Position numbers and translations under genes: made by a program | Assembly (NCBI GenBank): GCA_031364845.1 | Contig: JANLWX010000129.1 | Location: 1-29,892, forward strand | Direction: 5' to 3' | DNA: 29,892 nucleotides | DNA from: Candidatus Eiseniibacteriota bacterium | GTDB lineage: Bacteria; Eisenbacteria; RBG-16-71-46 | Notes under the pieces: model-generated | Seen by the model: the letters and a program-made list of their open reading frames with translations, nothing else | Told to the model about the DNA's origin: nothing | Databases searched by the model: none | Shown: positions 8,477-16,999 of the stretch, in pieces | Position numbering within the stretch: position 1 is the stretch's first letter | How the letters are laid out: the number at the start of each line of letters is the position of its first letter

Positions 8477-9495
8477 TGGGATTCCGTGGGCAAGCCGGCC
8501 GCGCGGTTTGCGCGGGCGCGATGGTCGCACTCGCGTGGCTGCCTTCGCGCGTTGCGGCGGGTGCGGAGTGGAAGGCCCTCGAGTCGTCGGGACAGTTCGC
8601 AGCACCGCCCGGTGCACCCTACGTCGCAGAAGAGGTCGTGGTCGAGGGTGCCGGCTACTCGCTGGCGGGAACTCTCACGCTGCCGCGCGGCGCACGCCGC
8701 CGGCTGCCGGCGGTGTTGATGATCACCGGTTCCGCACCTCAGGACCGTGACAACACGACATCGGGGAGCGACTATCGCCCGTTTCGCGAAATCGCCGACA
8801 CCCTCGCGCGCCACGGGATCGCCACGCTCAGGCTCGACGACCGTGGCGTGGGTGCATCGACCGGCACGCTCGAGGGCGTCAACACCGCCGGCCGGACGGT
8901 CGACGCTGCGATCGCGCTCGCATTCCTGCGCGCGCGCCCCGACATCGACGTTTCGCGTCTCGCCATCCTCGGGCACAGCGAAGGCGCGTTGATCGCCACC
9001 ATGATCGCTGCCGAGGATCGCGCGCTGCGCGGACTGGTGCTGATGTCCTCACCCGCGGAAACCGGGCGCGAGATGATGTCGCGGCGCTACCGCGATGGCG
9101 CCGCCTCCGAGCCCTTGATCTCCCAGAGCACGCGGGACTCGCTCCATGCGCTGGCCATGAAGTCGTGGGATGAGCGTCTCGCCACCGATGGATGGGCCGC
9201 GTTCTTCTCGGCCTATGACCCGCTGACCGCGGCCCGCAAGGTCCGCACCCCGGTGCTGCTGCTGCAGGGGGGAGCAGACGAAGTGCTCGCCGCGGGTGAC
9301 GCTGACCGGCTCGCAGCCGCGTTTCGGTCCGCGGGCGACAAGGACGTGAAGGTCGTGAGGTTCGATGGCCTCATGCATTCGATGCTGCGCGAGGATGCGT
9401 TCGCGTCCGACGGAAGCGTGGCACGCGGCGGGCTCGAGTTGCCGGCGAACGTGCTCGGAGCGATGGTCGACTGGCTCAGGCCGCACCTCCGCTGA
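8476..9495 (+). CDS. Alpha/beta-fold serine hydrolase (aminopeptidase S33/hydrolase_4-like), probably exported
   Basis: LAGTLTLP, ITGSAPQDRD, LRLDDRGVGAS, nucleophile elbow GHSEG, PVLLLQGGAD, H in GLMH. GTG at 8476 overlaps the upstream TAG; alternative ATG at 8521. Confidence 0.85.
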   Translation: MGFRGQAGRAVCAGAMVALAWLPSRVAAGAEWKALESSGQFAAPPGAPYVAEEVVVEGAGYSLAGTLTLPRGARRRLPAVLMITGSAPQDRDNTTSGSDYRPFREIADTLARHGIATLRLDDRGVGASTGTLEGVNTAGRTVDAAIALAFLRARPDIDVSRLAILGHSEGALIATMIAAEDRALRGLVLMSSPAETGREMMSRRYRDGAASEPLISQSTRDSLHALAMKSWDERLATDGWAAFFSAYDPLTAARKVRTPVLLLQGGADEVLAAGDADRLAAAFRSAGDKDVKVVRFDGLMHSMLREDAFASDGSVARGGLELPANVLGAMVDWLRPHLR

Positions 9496-9553
9496 TGGCC
9501 CTGCCGCGCCGGGTTCGCGGCGGGAGCGCTCGCGGTGTAGATTCTCACCTGCC

Positions 9554-10348
9554 ATGAAACCCGCCTCGAAACCCACCAGCACGATTGTCGCCGCCCGCAT
9601 CCCCTACGCCAATGCCGCGCCGTTCTACGCGCTGTGGCACGACGCGCCGTTCGCCGTGCGTAATCTGGTGCCGCGCGAACTCGGGCGCGAAGCCGAAGCC
9701 GGCGCGGTCGATCTGGGCTTGATGGCGGCCGGCGACTTCCTGCGCATGCGCGCGCGCTTCGAGATGGTGGGGCCGTTCGGCGTCGCTGCCCGCGGGCCGG
9801 TGCAATCCGTGCTGCTCTACTCGCGCCGTCCGGCGGCGGCACTCGATGGCGCGCTGATCTCGGTGACGCCCGAGACCTCGACCTCTATCCGGCTGCTCAA
9901 GCTACTGCTCAACGTGCGCCGCGGCCTCGAAGGCCTTCGCTATGTGCGCGGGCTGGAGCCGCGGCAGGCCGACGCGCTGCTCGTGATCGGCGACAACGCG
10001 ATGCGCATGCGCCATCAGCGTCCCGAGGGCTTCACGCACACGCTCGATCTCGGCGCCGATTGGCTCGAGTGGACCGGGTTGTCGTTCGTCTACGCGGTGT
10101 GGGCGGTGCGCTCGACGCTCGAGAGCGCAATGAAGGACGAGATGCGGCAGTTCCTCGATGCCTCGCTCGCCGCGGGGCTCGCTCAACTGCCGGCGATCGC
10201 CCGGCAGTTGACCGAGCCCGGATGGACCGCCGAGGAGATGGAAGGCTATCTGCGCCGCTTTCACTACCGGCTCGGCCCCGAGGATCTGTCCGGACTCGAC
10301 CGGTTCGAGGAGTTGTTGCGGCAGCACGAGTTGATCGGCTCCGACTGA
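9554..10348 (+). CDS. mqnA: Chorismate dehydratase (futalosine pathway)
   Basis: RIPYANAAPF, GPVQSVLL, TSTSIRLL, LVIGDNA, DLGADW...TGLSFVYAVW; 264 aa. Confidence 0.88.
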   Translation: MKPASKPTSTIVAARIPYANAAPFYALWHDAPFAVRNLVPRELGREAEAGAVDLGLMAAGDFLRMRARFEMVGPFGVAARGPVQSVLLYSRRPAAALDGALISVTPETSTSIRLLKLLLNVRRGLEGLRYVRGLEPRQADALLVIGDNAMRMRHQRPEGFTHTLDLGADWLEWTGLSFVYAVWAVRSTLESAMKDEMRQFLDASLAAGLAQLPAIARQLTEPGWTAEEMEGYLRRFHYRLGPEDLSGLDRFEELLRQHELIGSD

Positions 10349-10510
10349 CGCCGCGATAGCGCGGCACGACCGCCCGCAACACGGGCGGTCCGACACCCGT
10401 AATCAGCACGTCCCGGTCACCGGCCGAACGCCGGAAGGCGGGGCGGCGTGCCAGCACCGGCGGTGAACGCCGCCGTTGCGCGCACGCGACTCCCGAGGAG
10501 AAGACACCGT

Positions 10511-11308
10511 ATGGCCACGATGCACGAGGTCGACTACGAGATCGTCGGCGACGACATGCAGTTCGTGAAGGTCGAACTGGATCCCAAGGAAGCCGTGGTC
10601 GCCGAAGCCGGCAACATGATGTATATCGAGAACGGCATCGAGATGGACACGATCTTCGGCGACGGATCCGCTCAGAACAAAGGGTTCATGAGTGCGCTGA
10701 TGGGCGCCGGCAAGCGCCTGCTGACCGGCGAGTCGCTGTTCATGACGGTGTTCCACAACGAAGGCACCGGCAAGGCCAAGGTCGCCTTCGCAGCGCCCTA
10801 CCCCGGACGCATCCAGGCGATTCATCTGGCCGAGATCGGCGGCGAGCTGATCTGCCAGAAGGACTCGTTCCTATGCGCGGCCAAGGGCGTGTCGCTCGGA
10901 ATCGCCTTCAACCGGCGCTTCGGCGCGGGCCTGTTCGGCGGCGAAGGATTCATCATGCAGCGGCTGCAGGGTGACGGGTGGGCGTTCGTCCACGCCGGCG
11001 GCGCGCACGAGGAGAAGGTGCTCGGACCGGGCGAGACGCTGCGGGTCGACACCGGCTGTCTCGTGGCGTTGCAGCCGTCGGTGCAATACGACATCAAGTT
11101 CGTCGGCGGTCTGAAGAGCGCCCTGTTCGGAGGCGAAGGTCTGTTCTTCGCAACCCTGACGGGGCCGGGCAAGGTGTGGCTCCAGTCGCTGCCCTTCAGC
11201 CGTCTCGCGAGCCGCATCTACGCTGCTGCGCCTCAGACCGGCGGAGGGCGACGCGAGGAAGGTTCGATCCTCGGCGGCCTCGGGAACCTGCTCGACGGCG
11301 ATCGCTGA
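10511..11308 (+). CDS. AIM24/TIGR00266 family protein
   Basis: [24 protein letters not shown], repeated [29 protein letters not shown] before ATG 10511. Confidence 0.9.
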   Translation: MATMHEVDYEIVGDDMQFVKVELDPKEAVVAEAGNMMYIENGIEMDTIFGDGSAQNKGFMSALMGAGKRLLTGESLFMTVFHNEGTGKAKVAFAAPYPGRIQAIHLAEIGGELICQKDSFLCAAKGVSLGIAFNRRFGAGLFGGEGFIMQRLQGDGWAFVHAGGAHEEKVLGPGETLRVDTGCLVALQPSVQYDIKFVGGLKSALFGGEGLFFATLTGPGKVWLQSLPFSRLASRIYAAAPQTGGGRREEGSILGGLGNLLDGDR

Positions 11309-11366
11309 GTGGTGATGGCGGCGGGTCCCGCACGGGGCCCGCCGCTCGTTCTCCGGAAGGAAGCGG

Positions 11367-11921
11367 ATGCCCCAGACCCTCGATGGAGAGCACGCCGAAG
11401 AACTGCTCTCCGACATGGAAGCGGCCGCGCGCGAGTTCATCGACCGCTTCGACCGCACGTCGGGGCTGTGGGATCTCGTCCCTGCTCGCGGCTGGACGCC
11501 CGGACAGCACGCGGATCACCTCGCCAACACGCACATGATCTTCGCCGACCGCTTTGACAGCGCGATGCGTGACTTCGAGAACGACCAGCTCCCGCCGCGT
11601 CCGCGCCGCGGACTCCTCCAGAAGTTCGTGATCCGGATGCTGACGGGCGGCAAGTTTCCGCGCGGCGGGCGCGCGATTCCCGCCGCCCAGGCAGCGCCCG
11701 CACCCGAGCGCTCCGCCACGCTCGCGCGCCTGCGCGGGGAAGTCGCGCGCTATCGCGCCCTGGTCGAACGCCTGCCGGCTCCCGATCTCGATCGCGTGTG
11801 GGTGCAGAATCCGATGGTGAAGTTCCGCTGGCACTACACCCTGCCCGAACTGCTGCGCGTTCACGCGTGTCACACGCGCCATCATCTGCTGCTGGTCGAA
11901 GAGATCGCGCGGGGAAAGTAG
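11367..11921 (+). CDS. DinB-family protein
   Basis: WTPGQHADHL near the N-terminus and HACHTRHH near the C-terminus (His metal triad of the DinB_2 fold). Confidence 0.8.
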   Translation: MPQTLDGEHAEELLSDMEAAAREFIDRFDRTSGLWDLVPARGWTPGQHADHLANTHMIFADRFDSAMRDFENDQLPPRPRRGLLQKFVIRMLTGGKFPRGGRAIPAAQAAPAPERSATLARLRGEVARYRALVERLPAPDLDRVWVQNPMVKFRWHYTLPELLRVHACHTRHHLLLVEEIARGK

Positions 11922-12089
11922 CGCCGCCGGAGCCTCTACCCTGGCCACGATCTCCTAAGAGCCTCGGGGCTCCCGTTCGCGGTTGTTTTCTCCGCATTCG
12001 TCGGTTCGCGGGCCACGGTGTCCGGTTCGCTCCCGTAGCCTGTCCCGCACGGATCACCCCGCTCCCTCACCCCATCATCGAGGAGTCTC

Positions 12090-14153
12090 ATGAACCATCG
12101 TTCCCGCCGGATCGCCGCGCTGCGCATGCCCGCCCTGCTCGCCGCTGCGGCCGCGCTGTGCGTCGCCCTGCCGTCCCAGGCCCAGCCGCGTTCTTCAGGG
12201 CTCAACACCGCCTACATCGACAAGGACTGCAAGCCCTGCTCCGACTTCTTCAAGCACGCGAACGGGGCGTGGGTCGACTCCGCCACGATTCCTCCGGCCT
12301 ACACCGGTATCGGCGCGGGACGCGAGATGTTCGACAAGAATCAGGAGACGCTCTACCTGGTGCTCGAGAAGACGAGCCGCAACGCGGCGGCCGAGAAGGA
12401 CCCGACGCTCAAGAAGCTCGGCTTCCTCTACGCGACGCTCATGGACTCGACGCGCGCGAACCGCGAAGGGTGGCAGCCCATCAGCGCCGATCTCGCCGAG
12501 ATCGACGCGATCAAGAACGCGGACGATCTGCGCAAGCAGTTCGTGAAGATGGCGAAGCTCGGCATGCCGGTTCCGTTCATCTTCACGCCCGAGGCCGATC
12601 CCAAGCAGAGCACGAAGAACATCGCGCAGCTCTATCAGGGTGGACTCGGCCTGCCGGATCGTGACTACTACTTCAAGACCGATCCCAAGTCCGACACGCT
12701 ACGCATCGAGTATGTCGCGCATCTCTCGAAGATGTTTCAGCTGGTCGGCGGCAACGAAGGAGGCGGCCTCGCCGACGCCCAGCGCGTCATGAAGCTCGAA
12801 ACCTCGCTCGCCGAGTCGTGCCTTACGCTCGTGCAGCAGCGCGATCCGAATGCGCTCTATCACAAGATGACGGTGCGCGAGCTGGGACTGCTCGCGCCGT
12901 CGATGAACTGGAACGCGTACTTCAACGAGATCGGCCAGCCCGCGCTCGCGAATCCCGACGCGACCATCGACGTGTCGATGCCGGGCTTCATCAAGCGGGT
13001 CTCCGATCTGCTCGCCACCACGGCGATCGAGGACTGGAAGGCGTATCTTCGGGCGCATCAGGTGCGCGCCGCCGCACCGTGGCTGAGCCAGGATTTCTTC
13101 GACGAGAGCTTCCGCTTCGGCTCGAAGATCTCGGGCGCCCGCGCGCCGCTGCCGCGCTGGAAGCGTTCGGCCCAGTTGGTCGACAACGCGATGGGCGAAG
13201 CGCTCGGTAAGGCGTATGTCGAGATCGCGTTCCCGCCTTCGTCCAAGACGCGCATGCTGGAGCTGGTGAAGAATCTCCAGGCCACGTTCCGTGAACGGAT
13301 CCAGACCCGCGACTGGATGGGTGCGGTGACCAAGAAGCAGGCGCTGCGCAAGCTCGATGCGATCATCAACAAGATCGGCTATCCCGACATGTGGCGCGAC
13401 TACACGGCGCTTCAGATCTCGGGTGAAGCTTCAGGGATCGAGAACCTCCGCAACGTTCAACTGTTCGAGGCGAACCGCCAGTTCACGAAAGTCGGCAAGC
13501 CGGTCGATCGCACCGAGTGGTTCATGTCGCCGCCGACCGTGAACGCGTATTACAACCCGCCGGTCAACGAGATCGTGTTTCCGGCCGGCATCCTGCAGCC
13601 GCCGCAGTTCAATCCGAACGCGGACGATGCCGTGAACTACGGGGCGATCGGAATGGTGATCGGGCACGAGCTGACCCACGGCTTCGACGATCAGGGCCGC
13701 CAGTACGATGCCGAGGGTAACCTCAAGGACTGGTGGACCGCCGACGATGCGAAGAACTTCAAGGCGCGCGCGGATCAGGTGGTGCAGCAATACAACGCCT
13801 ACGTCGCGATCGACACGCTGCACGTGAACGGCGAGTTGACGCTCGGCGAGAACACCGCCGACCTCGGGGGCATCACGATCGCCTACTACGCCTACCAGAA
13901 GTCGCTGAACGGCAAGGCGGGCCAGGTCATCGACGGCCTCACGCCCGAGCAGCGGTTCTTCCTCGGCTATGCGCAGTCGTGGCGGCGCAAGATGCGTCCG
14001 GAGGTCGAGCGGTTGCGCGCGCTCACCGATCCCCACTCGCCCGCGCAGTACCGGGTGAACGGCCCGCTGTCGAACTTCCCGGAATTTGCGAAGGCGTTCG
14101 GCTGCAAGGCCGGCGATGCGATGGTGAGGGCGGAGAAGATCTCGATCTGGTAG
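12090..14153 (+). CDS. Exported M13 family metallopeptidase (PepO/neprilysin/ECE-like)
   Basis: Signal peptide; DFFKHANGAW, GLGLPDRDYY, KIGYPD, VNAYY, GHELTHGFDDQG, GENTADLGG, DPHSP...RVNG; GAGGAG SD. Confidence 0.95.
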   Translation: MNHRSRRIAALRMPALLAAAAALCVALPSQAQPRSSGLNTAYIDKDCKPCSDFFKHANGAWVDSATIPPAYTGIGAGREMFDKNQETLYLVLEKTSRNAAAEKDPTLKKLGFLYATLMDSTRANREGWQPISADLAEIDAIKNADDLRKQFVKMAKLGMPVPFIFTPEADPKQSTKNIAQLYQGGLGLPDRDYYFKTDPKSDTLRIEYVAHLSKMFQLVGGNEGGGLADAQRVMKLETSLAESCLTLVQQRDPNALYHKMTVRELGLLAPSMNWNAYFNEIGQPALANPDATIDVSMPGFIKRVSDLLATTAIEDWKAYLRAHQVRAAAPWLSQDFFDESFRFGSKISGARAPLPRWKRSAQLVDNAMGEALGKAYVEIAFPPSSKTRMLELVKNLQATFRERIQTRDWMGAVTKKQALRKLDAIINKIGYPDMWRDYTALQISGEASGIENLRNVQLFEANRQFTKVGKPVDRTEWFMSPPTVNAYYNPPVNEIVFPAGILQPPQFNPNADDAVNYGAIGMVIGHELTHGFDDQGRQYDAEGNLKDWWTADDAKNFKARADQVVQQYNAYVAIDTLHVNGELTLGENTADLGGITIAYYAYQKSLNGKAGQVIDGLTPEQRFFLGYAQSWRRKMRPEVERLRALTDPHSPAQYRVNGPLSNFPEFAKAFGCKAGDAMVRAEKISIW

Positions 14154-14190
14154 TCGGCGAGATCATCATGCGCTGAGGGGCGGAAGGTTT

Positions 14191-14228
14191 GAAGGGCCGG
14201 GGGCGGAAGGATCTGCCGCCGGCTCTTC
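14191..14228. terminator. Hairpin between convergent M13 and treZ genes (putative terminator)
   Basis: GAAGGGCCGG-G-GGCGGA-AGGA-TCTGCC-G-CCGGCTCTTC pairs over 16 bp with two G-U pairs and one mismatch; no strong U tract. Confidence 0.5.
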
Positions 14229-14265
14229 TATACCCTTCCCCATGCTGCGGCTGTCGGTCGCCGAT

Positions 14266-16149
14266 TCAGATCCGGAACACGACGGCGCCGGGCCGCGCAA
14301 AGGCGACCTTGTGGCTCGAATCGATCGTGATCGGCAACGCGGAGGCCGCGAAGGCCGGTTGCTCGGTGCGCAGGATGATCTCCCACCTCGCGTCGTCGAG
14401 ATCGTCGAGTGCCGCGGCCCTCGCGACTTCGACGATTCCCGCGCCCCGCAGTCGGATCACCGCGACGAGCGTCGAACCCGGCGCGCGGTTCGATGTGCCC
14501 GGGGAGTTGCTGCGGGCATCGCGGCGCACGAGGAGTGTGGCCGCATCCAGCACCTCGATCCGCGATGTGGCACCCGAGCGCAACGCGGGCTCTGCGCGTC
14601 GCAACGAAAGCAGCGCCCGGTGCAGCGCAAGCACGGTCGCGTGTTCCGGCCGGACGATCTCATCCCACCGGAGGCGGCTCGCCTCGAACGTCTCGCGATG
14701 CTGGGGATGGGGTGCCGTCACCGAGGCGAACGTCTCGAACTTACCGAAGTCGCGCGCGCGTCCCTCGGCGACGCGCGCGCCGAGCTTTTCGTGATGATCG
14801 GTGAAGAACGTGAACGGTGAACTTGCGGCCCACTCGTCGCCCATGAACAGCAGCGGCGTCTGCGGCAACATCAACAACAGCGTGGTCGCGGCCCGATGCA
14901 CAGCGGGCTCGATCAGGTGATGCAGCCGTTCGCCCAGCGGGCGGTTGCCGATCTCGTCGTGGTTCTGGAGGTAGAACACGAAACGTTGGGGATCGATGCC
15001 TTTCGGATCGTCGCCCCGCCGCTCGCCCGCGAATTTCGAGTGCTGTCCGGTGTACAGCCACCCGCGCCGCGCGATCGCCGCGAGATCTTCGATCGAATCG
15101 GCGAAGTCGCCGAAGTAGCCGTCGTCCTGGTCGGTGAGCAGGCGATGGATCTGGTGATGGAAGTCGAACGACCACACCGCGTCCATTCCCCAGCCTCCCG
15201 CGGCTTCCGGCGTGACGACCTCGGAAAGATTGCGGACGTCTTCGGCGATGGTCACGATCGGGCGCTCCGGTACCGATGCCCGCACCCGCGCGCCGAGTTC
15301 GGCAACGAAGTGGCGCGGGCTCGCGTCCACGAGCGCCGGAGTCGCATCGAGACGCAGTCCGTCGAGGTGGAACTCGCGCACCCAGTGGATCGCGTTGCGG
15401 ATCATGAATTCGCGCACGCCGCGGGAGTGCTCGCCGTCGAGGTTGAGGCCGGTGCCCCATGCCGTGCGATTACCGCGGTCGAGCAGCGGCGGCGCCACCG
15501 CGACGACATAAGCACCGTCGGGGCCGAGGTGGTTGTAGACCACGTCGAGATGCACCGCGAGTCCGTGCCCATGTGCCACATCCACAAAGCGCCGCACGTC
15601 GTCCGGCCGGCCATAGGCGCGCGCAGGTGCCCATAGCGCCGCTCCGTCGTAGCCCCAGTTGCGCTCGCCGGGAAAGTCGGCGAGCGGCATGATCTCGATC
15701 GCCGTCACGCCGAGGTTCGCCAGATGCGGCAGCTTCGTGATCGCGGCCGCGAACGTGCCCTCGGATGTGAATGCGCCGACGTGCAACTCGTAGAGCACGA
15801 GTTCTTCGAGCGGTCGCCCGCGCCACGCCTGATCGGACCATGCGAAGATCGAGGGATCGATGACTTCCGAAGCGCCGTGCACGCCGTCCGGCTGAAAACG
15901 CGAGGCAGGATCGGGAAACGGACCGCGGCCGTCGACGCTCACGCGATAGCGCGTGCCGGCGCCGATCCCAGCGACGTGGCCCGCGTGGAGTCCCTCGCCC
16001 GCGGGTTCGAGCGGTACGATCGCCGGCGCTTCGCTTGCCGATTCGATGACCACCGCCACCTCGCGCGCGAGCGGCGCCCACACGGTGAAACGCACGCCGC
16101 GCGCATCGGGCAGCGCGCCGAGCGACTCCCACGGCGATCGCGCGCTCAC
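14266..16149 (-). CDS. treZ: Malto-oligosyltrehalose trehalohydrolase (GH13)
   Basis: FTVWAP, PDPASRFQPDGVHG, YELHVGAF, NWGYDG, DVVYNHLGPDG, DGLRLDA, IAED, LQNHDEIGNR, PLLFMGDEW. GTG start forms a GTGA overlap with the upstream stop; alternative ATG at 16158. Confidence 0.92.
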   Translation of the reverse strand: MSARSPWESLGALPDARGVRFTVWAPLAREVAVVIESASEAPAIVPLEPAGEGLHAGHVAGIGAGTRYRVSVDGRGPFPDPASRFQPDGVHGASEVIDPSIFAWSDQAWRGRPLEELVLYELHVGAFTSEGTFAAAITKLPHLANLGVTAIEIMPLADFPGERNWGYDGAALWAPARAYGRPDDVRRFVDVAHGHGLAVHLDVVYNHLGPDGAYVVAVAPPLLDRGNRTAWGTGLNLDGEHSRGVREFMIRNAIHWVREFHLDGLRLDATPALVDASPRHFVAELGARVRASVPERPIVTIAEDVRNLSEVVTPEAAGGWGMDAVWSFDFHHQIHRLLTDQDDGYFGDFADSIEDLAAIARRGWLYTGQHSKFAGERRGDDPKGIDPQRFVFYLQNHDEIGNRPLGERLHHLIEPAVHRAATTLLLMLPQTPLLFMGDEWAASSPFTFFTDHHEKLGARVAEGRARDFGKFETFASVTAPHPQHRETFEASRLRWDEIVRPEHATVLALHRALLSLRRAEPALRSGATSRIEVLDAATLLVRRDARSNSPGTSNRAPGSTLVAVIRLRGAGIVEVARAAALDDLDDARWEIILRTEQPAFAASALPITIDSSHKVAFARPGAVVFRI

Positions 16150-16910
16150 GATCGCCATTCCGCGGGCCGCTTCTCGAGGAACGCGCTCAGGCCTTCGATC
16201 GCGTCGCGGTCTTCCAGCAACCGTCGCAGGTAGAGGCTTTCGGCGGCGCCGATCGCGTCCGGAACCGCGCGGATCTTCGCGAGCCGCATCGCCTGTTTCG
16301 TCACACGCAGCGACGATGCGCTGAGGGCGCACAACCGGCCCAGGATCTCGTCGACCGCATCGTCCAGCGCGTCGTCCTCGACCGCACGGTTCACGATGCC
16401 TGCGCGTTCCGCCTCGGGCGCGCTCAGCGCGCGACCGGTGAGGATCAGATCGGCCGCGATATGGGTGGGAATCATGCGCGCGAGCAGGACCGCCGCGACT
16501 GGCGGGAACACGCCGAGGCGGATCTCGGGAAATGCGAACGTCGCACCGTGGCCCGCGACGACCATGTCGCACATCAACGTCAGTTCGGCGCCACCACCAA
16601 GTGCGGGGCCATGAACGCGGGCCACGACCGGCGTGTCCAGATGCCACAGCGCGAGGCATGCCTGGTGGAACTCACGCAACATCTCGGCGCCGCGATCGGG
16701 CAGGTGATCGCGCACATCGACACCCGCGCTGAATGCGCTGCCGTTGGCTTCGAGCACGATCGCGTGAAGATCCTGCATCGCGGACAGCGCGGTCGCCGCC
16801 GCGGCGAGTTCGCGCGCCATGCCGATATCGAGCACGTTCAGCGGCGGGCGGTCGAGCGCGATGCGGGCGACGCTGCCGGTGATCGTGGTCTGCACCATGG
16901 CCATGAGCAT
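16146..16910 (-). CDS. Enoyl-CoA hydratase/crotonase family protein, cyclohexa-1,5-dienecarbonyl-CoA hydratase (Dch/BamR)-like
   Basis: RPPLNVL, FSAGVDVRDH, ALGGGAEL, PEIRLGVFPP, C-terminal ESLYLRRLLEDRDAIEGLSAFLEKR. Start may be 16910, 16904 or 16898. Confidence 0.85.
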   Translation of the reverse strand: MLMAMVQTTITGSVARIALDRPPLNVLDIGMARELAAAATALSAMQDLHAIVLEANGSAFSAGVDVRDHLPDRGAEMLREFHQACLALWHLDTPVVARVHGPALGGGAELTLMCDMVVAGHGATFAFPEIRLGVFPPVAAVLLARMIPTHIAADLILTGRALSAPEAERAGIVNRAVEDDALDDAVDEILGRLCALSASSLRVTKQAMRLAKIRAVPDAIGAAESLYLRRLLEDRDAIEGLSAFLEKRPAEWRS

Positions 16911-16933
16911 TCCTAATCGAAGGGGTCATCAAT

Positions 16934-16972
16934 CGAACGCGGACGGTGGAAACATCCCACCGTCCGCGTTCG
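16934..16972 (-). terminator. Perfect 16-bp inverted repeat downstream of the MBL-fold gene (putative terminator or attenuating hairpin)
   Basis: CGAACGCGGACGGTGG (16934-16949) / CCACCGTCCGCGTTCG (16957-16972), 7-nt loop. Confidence 0.65.
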
Positions 16973-16999
16973 GACGAAAGTGTTCGGAACGTCTTGCGA

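Noticed and set aside
11940..12040. Short repeats (CGGTTCGC twice, GCTCCCGT twice, GGCCACG twice) upstream of the M13 gene
   Set aside because: They are 7-8-mers with irregular arrangement in GC-rich DNA, too weak to call a binding site.
16150..16659. Apparent N-terminal extension of TreZ; likewise the extensions in ORFs 25933-27426, 26889-28046, 9365-10348 and 19164-20567
   Set aside because: They overlap upstream genes or intergenic DNA in stop-poor frames. SD sites, start/stop overlaps or the onset of family motifs support the shorter starts.
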